A stretch of DNA of 64,000 bases from a virus: positions 1 through 64,000 of the IMG/VR virus record IMGVR_UViG_3300020183_000020; one strand, 5' to 3'. The position numbers and the translations under genes are program-made. This document shows positions 30,273-40,234 of this stretch, piece after piece. Below the pieces are notes generated by a model. It was not told the origin of the DNA, did not search any database, and was given only the letters and a program-made list of their open reading frames with translations. Within the stretch, counting starts at the first letter, position 1; every line of letters starts with the position of its first letter.

Positions 30273-30813
30273 TCCTTAACTCTTGGGAGGGGATGTCCCA
30301 AGATACATCTTCAACCAACTCAGGGAAGTTATCGTAGAGCTTCTTAAAATCACCAAAACTTGGTGTTACCTCCAACAAGGGAGCAAAGACAAGATATCGG
30401 TCTTGTTTATCCAAGACCTGCCACGCCTGCACCAAGTATCCATTCTGATCTGTCCAAAGCCCTCCAAACTCGTACTGCGTATATTGGATAAGTTCCTCGA
30501 TATTGGCAGGTTGTGTACTCGATTGGGAGAACACTTCCCATCCCCAAGGTTTGTTATCACCTGAGACAATCAGATGAAACAAGCGGTCAAAAGATTGAGC
30601 ACAGAAATCTTTTAGTTGTTCCCGCTCCTTTTCACATCCATCGAGTGCAGTTATTTGATTGGACACTATGTACTGCCCAAGACACTTCAGCACAAGATCA
30701 AGAACCTGATCCTGTTGCTCTGCGGTTAGCTTAGTCCTATGAAACATATTATCCATTCCTTCTCCATCCTTATGCGTGTGGTATGATGTGTAGTCCCCCT
30801 GTCCCCCACCCAC
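30250..30813 (-). CDS. Hypothetical protein
   Basis: ORF; true start is probably the internal MDNMF. Confidence 0.65.
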   Translation of the reverse strand: MGGGQGDYTSYHTHKDGEGMDNMFHRTKLTAEQQDQVLDLVLKCLGQYIVSNQITALDGCEKEREQLKDFCAQSFDRLFHLIVSGDNKPWGWEVFSQSSTQPANIEELIQYTQYEFGGLWTDQNGYLVQAWQVLDKQDRYLVFAPLLEVTPSFGDFKKLYDNFPELVEDVSWDIPSQELRISLLSKP

Positions 30814-30825
30814 ATCTCAAAGGTT

Positions 30826-31017
30826 ATGTTTATGTCCGAGACTGCACTTTATATTTATGCGATTCTTCTACCTAGCGGTGACATAGCTTCAACACCAAGC
30901 GGCTCTTTTTTTACTAGCAGGGAAACGGCTCGTCAAGCCAAGAAACTTCTCTCCTTCGAGAACGCTCAGGTTGTTCGAGTTCCTGTGAAGAGTTCGTCTT
31001 GGGAGCGTGTTCGATAG
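30826..31017 (+). CDS. Hypothetical protein
   Basis: 63-aa ORF. Confidence 0.55.
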   Translation: MFMSETALYIYAILLPSGDIASTPSGSFFTSRETARQAKKLLSFENAQVVRVPVKSSSWERVR

Positions 31018-31065
31018 TATTTTTATTATTTCTCTCTCTAGGAAATCATCACTAGGAGAGATAAA

Positions 31066-33123
31066 TTGCACGGATATTTCCGCAGGATCGCAAGTCATAC
31101 GCACTTACAAGGTGTTAAAGTTAAGTATACTGATTTTGGGATAAGATACCCCGGTACATTCGATATGGGGGAAACCGTAGAGAGAGCAAAAAAGGTCTTA
31201 AATGGAGCCTCAATATCCGTTTTCAATAGCGATATTGAGGCAGTTCATAGGCTGTTCCTCTTTGTCTATACTAGAGTAGCTTTTCCATCAAATAAACTCA
31301 GCTTCATGAAGAAGTTTAGTAAGACTGAGGGTTTCGGTAAGAGGTTCAAAAAAATTACAACTGCGAAGGCTGCCGATTTTCTGGATAATCCGGACAAGAG
31401 GGAAGCGTTGAAGGCTCTATTAGAGTTGGCAACCTATCCTTTGGTAACGGATCACGAAATAACGGCAGGTCCGTTTAAAATCCAAAACCCAACGAATCTT
31501 CCTAGACAGGATGTCGAAACTGCCCAAAAGGTTATTGCCAAACTAGCCAAATACGCAACCAACGATGTTATCCCAAACTTCACAAAAGTCTTGTACGGAG
31601 ATGTAATTATTACACATCCGCTAGCAGCCTCAGGGGTTCTTGCCACCTATGACCCTTCTTTGGATTTCATCACTTTTTACACGCATAAAACATTATTTGG
31701 AGGGAAGATAGGTCTAAGGACCCTTTTACATGAGCTAGGACATCGCTACTATAGAACAATGGAAGCCCCAAAAAAAATGGAGTGGGCTCAATGGCACATA
31801 CAGGCTTTAAAAGGTGGTTCGGGTGCCGCTAATTTTGAGGCGAACAAAACCGCCATGCTAGGCGTTCAGGTGAAGGCTTCTTTTGTTGTTAACGACGACC
31901 CTCGTCCCTCCGCCCCCCCGAGTTTTATACAGGCTCTTTCCTTTGTAGGAAAGGGAAAACTATATTATATAGTCTCTGCTTCGACAGCGGAACAAACTAA
32001 CCCTGGGTGTACTCGGAGGATACTTTCATCTAGAGATTACGAAGGAAAAGGGATGGATAATACCTATGGGATAGTACAAAACAATAAGTTGGGGGGCTTT
32101 TTTCATCCCATATCCACTCGTGAGTTAGACAGGTTAACCCGCATGGCAATAGAACTAACTTTGATAGAGGGTGCAATAGACCGTGGTCTCTTGCCCACCC
32201 GATACGCGAGAACTAACTCGGAAGAACACTTTTGTGAGGCTTTGTCTTTTAGAGCAGTTGGTGACCTGCCTGAGATTATGTCTGAGAAGTTTGAGATGAT
32301 ATTCTTTGGTTCTCGGAAACATTTGGTTGTTCCGTCTGAAACAGAGTTAACCGTTGACATTCCAACCCCCACAGCCCCAATAGCTCCCACAGCCCCCACA
32401 GAAGTATCCGCTGCTGTAGGCTCAAAGAGCGAAATGGATAAGAAAGGGAATGGACTTGCCCAAGGGCTTGGGTTATCCTATGTGAGTGGGCGTAAGTACG
32501 GAACCTTCGTGTACACGAACAATGAGACACTAAGCACTCATGCCTATATGTTCTTGGACTATGCTTCAGGCAACCTGTTTGTACCCAAGACAAAAGCCTT
32601 CCCCAACCTTGATGTGAATATCGCTAACCTATTGGATAAGGATGTGGCAGACGCTACTTCATTTACCCGTATGAGTAAACTCCGCCCCAAGTGGAGAACA
32701 CAAGCGACCATAGAAGAAGGCATCGCTCCTGCTCACGACCCTCAGACTCCTGTAGTCCCTGATCTGACACCTCAAGTCTCAGATCAGGAGATGGAGCCTG
32801 ATCTACCACAACCCCCTGAGCAAGTATCCGTTGATGTGGTAACGGCTTCAACTAATGCGGCTAAGTTGTTGGGGATGTCTGCCGAAGTGTTGCGTAAATA
32901 TGTACGCATCAGATATCTGAACGAACAACTAGGTGACCCTCATGCTTATTTGTTTGTAGCCAAATCCGATGGTGCCATCTATACGCCCAAAGCGGGACAC
33001 CAAGCCTCTACTGAGATGATTGGGAATATCTTTGAACCCAACATCATCAGCAAGATATTGCCCACTTCTTTGTACAAAAACGATAAGTGGAAAACCAAGT
33101 TCACCATAGTGGAGACCGTCTAA
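31066..33123 (+). CDS. Zincin metallopeptidase (lethal-factor-like) with duplicated C-terminal module
   Basis: LLHELGH..PTRYARTNSEEHFCEA; two RKY..HAY(M/L)F..PK repeats; class L motif at 31015. Confidence 0.8.
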   Translation: MHGYFRRIASHTHLQGVKVKYTDFGIRYPGTFDMGETVERAKKVLNGASISVFNSDIEAVHRLFLFVYTRVAFPSNKLSFMKKFSKTEGFGKRFKKITTAKAADFLDNPDKREALKALLELATYPLVTDHEITAGPFKIQNPTNLPRQDVETAQKVIAKLAKYATNDVIPNFTKVLYGDVIITHPLAASGVLATYDPSLDFITFYTHKTLFGGKIGLRTLLHELGHRYYRTMEAPKKMEWAQWHIQALKGGSGAANFEANKTAMLGVQVKASFVVNDDPRPSAPPSFIQALSFVGKGKLYYIVSASTAEQTNPGCTRRILSSRDYEGKGMDNTYGIVQNNKLGGFFHPISTRELDRLTRMAIELTLIEGAIDRGLLPTRYARTNSEEHFCEALSFRAVGDLPEIMSEKFEMIFFGSRKHLVVPSETELTVDIPTPTAPIAPTAPTEVSAAVGSKSEMDKKGNGLAQGLGLSYVSGRKYGTFVYTNNETLSTHAYMFLDYASGNLFVPKTKAFPNLDVNIANLLDKDVADATSFTRMSKLRPKWRTQATIEEGIAPAHDPQTPVVPDLTPQVSDQEMEPDLPQPPEQVSVDVVTASTNAAKLLGMSAEVLRKYVRIRYLNEQLGDPHAYLFVAKSDGAIYTPKAGHQASTEMIGNIFEPNIISKILPTSLYKNDKWKTKFTIVETV

Positions 33124-33593
33124 TGGATACCGATTTAGTCACTAAAATATCTAGTCTAGTAGCGGAAGTGAACGACCCCGAGTCTCTGCTTGAGTGGTGG
33201 GACTCTGTTCCCAACACGCCTGCTATTCCAACTTATTGGAAACGCAAAGGTGAAAGGGCTGTTCTTCTGTCCTTTGGCTCAAGGGGTTCTATTATTGACC
33301 TTCGGCAATACACCACAATATTGGGCAGGGAGAAAACGCTCATCATAAATGGATGGATCAGTACCCCCACCTTTATCGCTCTCACCATAGACCCAAATGG
33401 GCTCCCTTCACAGGCTCTCTATCCGTTTCTCATCGTAGCCACATCAAGTGATTTCTTTGACCCTGAACGGATGGACTATGATGTTAAGACTCTCAAGCGT
33501 AATCCTATAAATCACTCCGTCCAAGCCACTATTGGATATGCTGATAGGATGCGTAAGAAAGTCCGCTTTGATGTGCCTCAAGACTTGTTCTAA
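33123..33593 (+). CDS. Hypothetical protein, possibly a degenerate 2H-phosphoesterase fold
   Basis: TAATG coupling; LGREKTL..YPFLIVAT without the catalytic His. Confidence 0.6.
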   Translation: MDTDLVTKISSLVAEVNDPESLLEWWDSVPNTPAIPTYWKRKGERAVLLSFGSRGSIIDLRQYTTILGREKTLIINGWISTPTFIALTIDPNGLPSQALYPFLIVATSSDFFDPERMDYDVKTLKRNPINHSVQATIGYADRMRKKVRFDVPQDLF

Positions 33594-33603
33594 GGACAAG
33601 CGA

Positions 33604-33633
33604 GTATCCCAAACATCACTATCCAATATTAGT
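33604..33633 (+). promoter_or_regulatory. Class E promoter
   Basis: GTATCCCA-N15-TATTAGT. Confidence 0.75.
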
Positions 33634-33667
33634 GAGGTGAACGACCCATCTTAACAAGGATTTTCCC

Positions 33668-34108
33668 ATGTTGGTCAATTGCCCCCATTGTCAGTTGCCT
33701 TATGTCAAAGAGCAGTCTTATCAGCGTTCCTGCATCTATTGTTGGAGAGAAGAACAAGGACACAAGCTCGGAACCGTGGATGCGGCTTTCCGCCGCCTTC
33801 AAGAAGAAGCTAAGAAGAAGATCAATACTCCCCCTCTCCAACAGGTTGATATAAGGTCTCCTGACGCTTCGTTACAAATGAAGCTCCAAGCCACACAATT
33901 GCTGGTCAATTCTCTCGAAAAGGAGGTCAGCGAGTTAAAGCGGAAACTCGCTGAACGACCCGTTCCTCCGCCTCCTCCACCCTCTGCTGGTTCTCTCACA
34001 CAAGATTCTATCCGTGAGTTAATCACACTTTGTCACCCCGATAAACACTCGAACTCTCCTCTAGCCACCAAGATAACGCAATGGTTAGTTTCTCTTAGGA
34101 GAAGATAG
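33668..34108 (+). CDS. Zn-ribbon/coiled-coil protein with J-domain-like HPD motif
   Basis: CPHC..CIYC; LCHPDKH. Confidence 0.7.
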   Translation: MLVNCPHCQLPYVKEQSYQRSCIYCWREEQGHKLGTVDAAFRRLQEEAKKKINTPPLQQVDIRSPDASLQMKLQATQLLVNSLEKEVSELKRKLAERPVPPPPPPSAGSLTQDSIRELITLCHPDKHSNSPLATKITQWLVSLRRR

Positions 34109-34116
34109 GATAAGAA

Positions 34117-34338
34117 ATGATAACCTGTGATCTCTGCCAAAAGACCTGTAACGAGTACTATGTACACGAGCTAGCTCCTGATATTATGCTTTGTCCCGTC
34201 TGTAGACGGATGAGTGCGGCAGAAGTCGTGAGACACTATCTTAGTGCCTCATGGTCGAAGTGTCATAAGACAGGATTAGCCTGTAGGACGGGAACCTGTG
34301 AAACCTGTAAGGACATTGAGGTTAGCCAAGAGAAATGA
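34117..34338 (+). CDS. Cys-rich zinc-finger protein
   Basis: Several CxxC motifs. Confidence 0.7.
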   Translation: MITCDLCQKTCNEYYVHELAPDIMLCPVCRRMSAAEVVRHYLSASWSKCHKTGLACRTGTCETCKDIEVSQEK

Positions 34339-34793
34339 GTTCTCTCAAAGCGTCGGATACTTCACGCCACTCTGCCGTAGCGGCAGAGAAGGCAATAGAA
34401 TTCGTGGAGGCTCGCCTTCCTGAGATACATGACCTGTTCTCCATAGAGAAGGCTAATAATGCCATCAAGGAAGCCCGCGATGCTATCTTATCCGTAGATA
34501 GAGCAATCGCGAATGTGGTAAGGGCATCTCAAGCCTTGGACGAAGCCCGAGCCTCTTTACAAGATGCCGTTCGATCTTGTAGGATCGCGAGCGAAAGAGC
34601 TTTCAGTTCCACCCCTGTTATCCTATCTGACACAACACCTTCAGAAGACCTTGTTGTCGGGCAGAAGGTGATTGTTCAAAATAGGTACAGAACCACCATA
34701 TCTGAAGGTTTTGTAACTGATGTAAATGACGACTTTGTTTGGGTAAGGGGCGAGATTTTTAGCACGGAAGATCATATCTTCGTAGCCGTGTAA
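34335..34793 (+). CDS. Coiled-coil protein with SH3-like C-terminus
   Basis: ATGA overlap. Confidence 0.7.
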   Translation: MSSLKASDTSRHSAVAAEKAIEFVEARLPEIHDLFSIEKANNAIKEARDAILSVDRAIANVVRASQALDEARASLQDAVRSCRIASERAFSSTPVILSDTTPSEDLVVGQKVIVQNRYRTTISEGFVTDVNDDFVWVRGEIFSTEDHIFVAV

Positions 34794-34798
34794 ATAGA

Positions 34799-34828
34799 GT
34801 ATCCCAAGGGGGGTTATCCATTATTAGT
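34799..34828 (+). promoter_or_regulatory. Class E promoter
   Basis: Near copy of 906-950 including TTAGTTAGGTGTGAGAGATA. Confidence 0.8.
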
Positions 34829-34884
34829 TAGGTGTGAGAGATAGATACCTAACCCCCCCCCAACAAAGAGAGAGATAAGACATC

Positions 34885-35127
34885 ATGCAGAACATCAGCT
34901 TCAACATCCGTCGCCCCTTCGGCCCCGTCAGCCTGACCCTCAACACCACCACGGGCGAGGTGACCCGCCAGGGTGATGGGTGGGTTCCCACCACCACCCG
35001 CACCCTGCCCCTTGAGGGGCTGGCGGAGGGGCTGAAGATGTGGGAGGGCGGCAACCTGATCCAGACCTCCCTGCCCCGCCTCCCTGCGGAGGATCGGGAG
35101 TGGCTGATGACGGGTCTGACGGACTGA
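34885..35127 (+). CDS. Small early protein with very high GC3
   Basis: LIQ..LP.L.AEDREWLMTGLT. Confidence 0.8.
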   Translation: MQNISFNIRRPFGPVSLTLNTTTGEVTRQGDGWVPTTTRTLPLEGLAEGLKMWEGGNLIQTSLPRLPAEDREWLMTGLTD

Positions 35128-35178
35128 GAAAGGGGGGGGGCAACCCCCCCACCAACCAACCCTAAGAAAGGAATACAG

Positions 35179-35397
35179 ATGAAGGTTTATCCCCCCAAGG
35201 TGATTAAGGCGGCTGTAGCCGCCCATGAGGAGACTCTTCTCGGCAAGATTGTCACGCTGATGGGGCGTGAGTTAACCGAAGAGGAGTTGGACACGATCAA
35301 GGACTCGATCTACATGATCAAGATGGATTCACGCGAGTGGGGAGAGGCTCGCGTGTATAAGCGTCATAATCTTGTGACCGAGTATCACGAGGACTGA
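35179..35397 (+). CDS. Hypothetical early protein
   Basis: AAGGA RBS. Confidence 0.75.
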   Translation: MKVYPPKVIKAAVAAHEETLLGKIVTLMGRELTEEELDTIKDSIYMIKMDSREWGEARVYKRHNLVTEYHED

Positions 35398-36450
35398 TCA
35401 GCCCTCAAGGTTGGCGAGATCGGCAAGTCTAGCTCTCAAGTCCTCGCCCCAAGTAGAGGGAAGCTCGGATAAGGGAGCTATGAAGTAAACCTTGCCCTTA
35501 GAAGGCGAGAAGAAAGTGTCCGTTCCTGCGGATAGTTTTGTATCCATTGCGAAGTAGAGACTTCCGTCTTTACCCGTCATGCCATATTTGATTGGACCGA
35601 TGTAGTAACGGCTAGAGAATGCCTCTACATGGTCAATAATGTCGGCAAACTCGCCCAACATCTGAGTTTTCCTTGTTCTAGCCCCAACGGAAGTACTAAC
35701 AAAGTCTTTACGGATAGCGGGAGTAGGTGCAGAGCCTCCTCTCTCATATACGACCACAAATTGGGTCTGTCCCTCAAACATGGCGAGATACTTCTGATAG
35801 GAGGCAAGGTTTTTGAACCCTGATCTATAAATGCCGAGTCCGTCATGGGGAGTAAGGCTCTTTTCACGCAGTTCTCTTTTTACCTCCAAGACCTTATCCA
35901 AATCGCCCTTCTTTGTAGCCCTCTCTAAATCCTTAAGAAGTCCTGCGATGCGGGTAGGCAACGCGGCTTCAAAGTTAAAAGTCCTAGAACCAACCTTACC
36001 ATCAAGTAGCGGGGAAATGACGACTGTGCATTTCTCATCCATATCCTCAGGGCAGATCACATCTTTTACAATGAAGTAAACGGGATTAGCTGGATTGAAT
36101 CCAAGTGCTTCGCAGTTCTTCTTATTGGTGGGGTTCACGCACTTAGAAGCATCAACAAGCACAATCTCTCCCACACTTAAAGGACCTCTGACCGCAGAAG
36201 GAATATCTGCGGCAGGTTCCTTAATGGATACTCCGTTACTCACAAGAGCACTCTTCACATTGTTTTCTGTCATGCCGATTGGATTGGATAAAATCGCCCA
36301 ACAAGCAAAAGCACCCGTGTCGGCAGGTGAAGCCGACTTATCTACAGATGCTGTGTGTCCCTCTCCCTTCAGGATGGGGATTAGAAAGGGACGGATATCA
36401 GGGTTCTCGTTCGCGAGACGGATAACGGCTTTTCTTAGGTCGTTCATCAT
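35398..36450 (-). CDS. Late protein with LRKAVIRLANENPDIRPFLIPIL leader
   Basis: Class L motif at 36487-36498; HTAS and KSAS sites. Confidence 0.8.
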   Translation of the reverse strand: MMNDLRKAVIRLANENPDIRPFLIPILKGEGHTASVDKSASPADTGAFACWAILSNPIGMTENNVKSALVSNGVSIKEPAADIPSAVRGPLSVGEIVLVDASKCVNPTNKKNCEALGFNPANPVYFIVKDVICPEDMDEKCTVVISPLLDGKVGSRTFNFEAALPTRIAGLLKDLERATKKGDLDKVLEVKRELREKSLTPHDGLGIYRSGFKNLASYQKYLAMFEGQTQFVVVYERGGSAPTPAIRKDFVSTSVGARTRKTQMLGEFADIIDHVEAFSSRYYIGPIKYGMTGKDGSLYFAMDTKLSAGTDTFFSPSKGKVYFIAPLSELPSTWGEDLRARLADLANLEG

Positions 36451-36498
36451 CTACTCCAAAGTTGGGTTCAGACATATTCTGTCCCCATAAAAAAAGTA

Positions 36499-36870
36499 TT
36501 AAACCGAGGTTATCCGTTCTAGCTCTGCCTGTAGGTGATATTCGGTATTGGATAGTTGGTTGAGTAGAAGTGCCACGAGTGCATTGTTTAGGTGTGTGGA
36601 TAGGGGGAAGGCTTTTTGTACTTCCACTAGAGAGAGGGAGGGGGTTGTTGTGATTGATGTATGGGCTTGCATTTGAATTTGGCGTTGCGTGTACCAAAGG
36701 GCTTTCCTCAGGTCTTCTAGTGTGTTCTCGCCAGGTTTCTTACCTGCACGGAGGATGTATTTGACGGCTGAACCCAAAGAGAAGTTCAGCCCATACGCCT
36801 CAATCACATCAATCGCTTTTAATCCATTCCCATCGTAGTGATTAGGATTGTTTATCTTTTCATAACTCAT
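36499..36870 (-). CDS. DUF3310-family protein
   Basis: INNPNHY..IDVIEA..KYILRAGKK..DLRKALWY. Confidence 0.88.
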   Translation of the reverse strand: MSYEKINNPNHYDGNGLKAIDVIEAYGLNFSLGSAVKYILRAGKKPGENTLEDLRKALWYTQRQIQMQAHTSITTTPSLSLVEVQKAFPLSTHLNNALVALLLNQLSNTEYHLQAELERITSV

Positions 36871-36925
36871 TAGTAGGCTCTTTATCATTTGTAGTGGTGT
36901 GGACATTTCTATTACCGAGGTCAAC

Positions 36926-39070
36926 ATGGCAAATCTATCCTCATTTTATCAGCTTTTCGGTGAACTGCCCACTAGAACTCTAAAGGGACTAGACCCCACA
37001 TCTTCGTCTTCGCTTTTCGCTAATGCCCGAGGACAAGATATCTCTCTCCTTGCCTCTAGCGGGATTGAACAAAGAGGTGGTGTCGTCCTCATCAGCGGAG
37101 GTCGCGGTGGTTCCACTTCAGGTAGTAATGGAGGCGGTGTTTCCCTCTATGGCGGAGACTCGATTGCTGCTTCTTCTCAAGGAGGGGGTATCCAAATTTA
37201 TGGCGGTGATTCAGATGTCCAAACAGGATATGTGACAATAAGTGCTTATTATGCACAGGGAGCACCTGATGTCGCTCCCACTATCACACTCGGCAGTTTT
37301 AGTGGCACCACAGGGGGGGTGGTATCCATTACAAGCGGGAAACCTGCAAGCGGTTCTACTTCGGGCGACATATCCATAACATCTGCAAATGGTGTTGGTT
37401 CTAATAGCGGTAGTGGAGACATCTCATTCAGTACAGGGAACGCCCAAACTAATGCCTCTAGTGGAGAGATTTCTGTCTCAACAGGCACCTCAACAGGAAA
37501 CCAACCCACAGGTCGGATAGTTACCAAAACGGGTAGCTCATCAGGTTCTGCCGACTCAGGCTATGTCGAGTTCTCTACAGGTCTTACCTATGGAACGGGA
37601 AACTCAGGTTTTGTTCTCCTCTCTTCGGGTGATAGCAACCAATCTTCGGGCTATATTTCACTTAACTCAGGTTATGGCAGTACTGAAAGCGGATATATAC
37701 TTATCCAATCAGGCTTTTCGGACACCATAAGCGGAGAAGTATCCATTATTAGTGGAGATGGTGGCTCGAATAGTGGTGATGTGTCTATTTCTACAGGGTC
37801 GGCAGAGAGCACAGGGGATTGGATAGCTACAACAGGTCAAGCTACTAGTGGTTCTTCGGGAAGCATATATCTAAATACAGGCACGGCAACGACCCAATCG
37901 GGATCGCTTGATGTATTTACGGAAGACGCTCCTATTACGGGAGACTTGACTATCCAAACAGGTACTGCTTCCTCAGGTAATGCGGGCGATATTTATCTCA
38001 TAGCTGGCTCAGGTACTACCCATGCAAAAAGCGGTAGTTTGGACCTAACGGCTAAGAGTGTTATTTGGGGAACAAACAGTCCGACTAACTCTGATGTTCT
38101 ACTACAGGTATCCGATGGTGGACTAAATATCTCTTCTTCCGCTACCATTAACATGACTTCTCTCAATGGACAGCTCAAGATTGAATCCTCAGATTCTATC
38201 CTATTTCAGGCTCCATACTACACTTTTGACACTCCCGAATCGACACATGACCCTGTAGAGATTGGCATAGGTGGAAATAACCAACTACTTCTCCCCGATC
38301 TCACCTCTCTCACTACTGAGAACTTATCCAATATCAACCTCACATTCACCAATGTGGACATAGACCTAGAGACAGGATTCTACCTCGGTGTCTCTGCTGA
38401 TCAAACTATCCTAAATACGGATAACGCTACTATCCGTAGTAGAACACCCGACCAAGCCGTTCAACTCACAATAGGTGATGGTGTTTATACAGGGCTCGCT
38501 TTGAACGCCATTTCAAAAGGGTCACTCTCGGGGGTGGCGGAGGGGGATGTCTCGATTACATCTACTACGGGTGAAGTATCTCTTATCGCACCACAAGGTG
38601 TTAACCTTATTTCCACCTTGGGCGAAATAGATATTGCTGGGGCAAATATCAACCTGACCGGTTTCCACCCCACCAATCCCACATACATTAATGTCTCTAG
38701 CACCAATATACCCACCACAGGTCCTACCGCTGTGGATAATAGACTTCTCCAAGTAGGTGCTAGCGGCATCTTGTCCGCTCTCGGATTTAAGTTTCAAATT
38801 TTGGAAGTCGGGGTTTCAGCTACAGTAGCCTTAGGCAATATCACGGACCTCTATTTCAACATAGGTGCCGCGTACACAACACCCAAAGACAGGCTAATCT
38901 ATAGTCTTGAGATAAACGGAGATGTCGCTTTAGATCATCAGTTCTACTTTAGGGGATACACCACAAATCCCGTTGGATCATCCCCTTGTATCCAGCTTCA
39001 TTCAGGTACTAACAACTTTGGCAGCCTCGGCAAAGTTGTTAGGATTTATTATCTCATCTTCAACTCATAA
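36926..39070 (+). CDS. Ser/Gly/Thr-rich beta-repeat virion fibre-like protein
   Basis: Many SGxIxIxTG repeats; class L motif at 36874 and GAGG RBS. Confidence 0.7.
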   Translation: MANLSSFYQLFGELPTRTLKGLDPTSSSSLFANARGQDISLLASSGIEQRGGVVLISGGRGGSTSGSNGGGVSLYGGDSIAASSQGGGIQIYGGDSDVQTGYVTISAYYAQGAPDVAPTITLGSFSGTTGGVVSITSGKPASGSTSGDISITSANGVGSNSGSGDISFSTGNAQTNASSGEISVSTGTSTGNQPTGRIVTKTGSSSGSADSGYVEFSTGLTYGTGNSGFVLLSSGDSNQSSGYISLNSGYGSTESGYILIQSGFSDTISGEVSIISGDGGSNSGDVSISTGSAESTGDWIATTGQATSGSSGSIYLNTGTATTQSGSLDVFTEDAPITGDLTIQTGTASSGNAGDIYLIAGSGTTHAKSGSLDLTAKSVIWGTNSPTNSDVLLQVSDGGLNISSSATINMTSLNGQLKIESSDSILFQAPYYTFDTPESTHDPVEIGIGGNNQLLLPDLTSLTTENLSNINLTFTNVDIDLETGFYLGVSADQTILNTDNATIRSRTPDQAVQLTIGDGVYTGLALNAISKGSLSGVAEGDVSITSTTGEVSLIAPQGVNLISTLGEIDIAGANINLTGFHPTNPTYINVSSTNIPTTGPTAVDNRLLQVGASGILSALGFKFQILEVGVSATVALGNITDLYFNIGAAYTTPKDRLIYSLEINGDVALDHQFYFRGYTTNPVGSSPCIQLHSGTNNFGSLGKVVRIYYLIFNS

Positions 39071-39123
39071 CTTTTATTCATTTATAATGCTCAATGAATG
39101 GATACAACACAAAGGATAGTGCA

Positions 39124-39435
39124 ATGAGAAATGAGATAATCCGCCTCCACAGAAGAATAGCCCGTCTAGAGCGTATTGCAGGTACAACCAAGTCCGCAGG
39201 GGGAGTGAAAGAACTCCTTATGGATTCGGTGGCAAAGAACAAGAATAAGCTGATTAAGGCGTGGGGGGGCAATCCCAACGATATAGACCTTGAGTTATGG
39301 TTTCAAAGTCTAGACGGTGGTGATGTCTATGGAGCCCTTAGGGATGCTCCCAACAGGGAGGTTGCCAAGATCATCAAGAACGACATCATCAAACCCATCG
39401 AGGATGACTCGATGGATGAGGATGTTCCCTTTTAA
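39124..39435 (+). CDS. Tag-bearing protein (MRNEIIRLHRRIARLERIAG..KSAG)
   Basis: AAGGA RBS; tag variant. Confidence 0.8.
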   Translation: MRNEIIRLHRRIARLERIAGTTKSAGGVKELLMDSVAKNKNKLIKAWGGNPNDIDLELWFQSLDGGDVYGALRDAPNREVAKIIKNDIIKPIEDDSMDEDVPF

Positions 39436-40205
39436 GCCCCTGCGATAATCACATCGAACAACTTACCATTCCCCACCTTCCCGACACTCAAGAGTACGCC
39501 ACCTGAGGCGGAGAGGTCGTTACACTCAATCTCTCCGATACAGATTTTAGCCCTTGGGTCGGAGACCTTGAAGGTCAAGCCCCCAATCGAGACGGAGCTA
39601 TCCAATTTCGGGGTTTCGGTAGTAACCTGCGGGGGAGGGCTGATGGACTCCACTCGATAGGGGGTAAGAATAACAGGTTCATCGTTGACGATAGGTTCGA
39701 CAGGTTCATCGTTGACCACAGGGGTAACCTTTGGGGAGATCACCCTACGACTCTTACCATCGATTTTGGTCAAATTAGAAGTTAAATTGCGAAAGTGGTC
39801 GGGAACCCGAGTGCCGAACACGCAGACAAAATGGCGATTAAAATCCGCCGCGTTTAGGAACTTGTGTGCGTTGGCTTCGATGTAGGATAAGTACAACGAA
39901 TCAAAAGATTCTTTATCCTTAGTCTTAAGGGATGCCTTTAACCGCAGTTCTTTCCAAGCCTCAACATAATCCTTTAAAGGGATAGACTTATCCGTGTACT
40001 GATACATGAGGGAAGGGGGGATCGGCAACTCGGTGATCTGAGGTTTCAGATTGGGGTTTGCAGACGATAAATTTCCACGATAATCCACCCGAAAGTCAAT
40101 AAAAGGGACTTGAGTGTTGGGGTTGTCGAGGAAGTGTTGGATAAACTTCGACCTAATACGCATCGGGGGGACTAACCTTATTGAAGAGAGTAAGGGAGGG
40201 TTCAT
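39432..40205 (-). CDS. Hypothetical protein sharing a C-terminal module with 40235-41491
   Basis: TPK..G.(T/S)FK..S(V/I)GKV similarity. Confidence 0.75.
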   Translation of the reverse strand: MNPPLLSSIRLVPPMRIRSKFIQHFLDNPNTQVPFIDFRVDYRGNLSSANPNLKPQITELPIPPSLMYQYTDKSIPLKDYVEAWKELRLKASLKTKDKESFDSLYLSYIEANAHKFLNAADFNRHFVCVFGTRVPDHFRNLTSNLTKIDGKSRRVISPKVTPVVNDEPVEPIVNDEPVILTPYRVESISPPPQVTTETPKLDSSVSIGGLTFKVSDPRAKICIGEIECNDLSASGGVLLSVGKVGNGKLFDVIIAGA

Positions 40206-40234
40206 TTTATCTCCAAGGTGGGAATTGTGGGTGG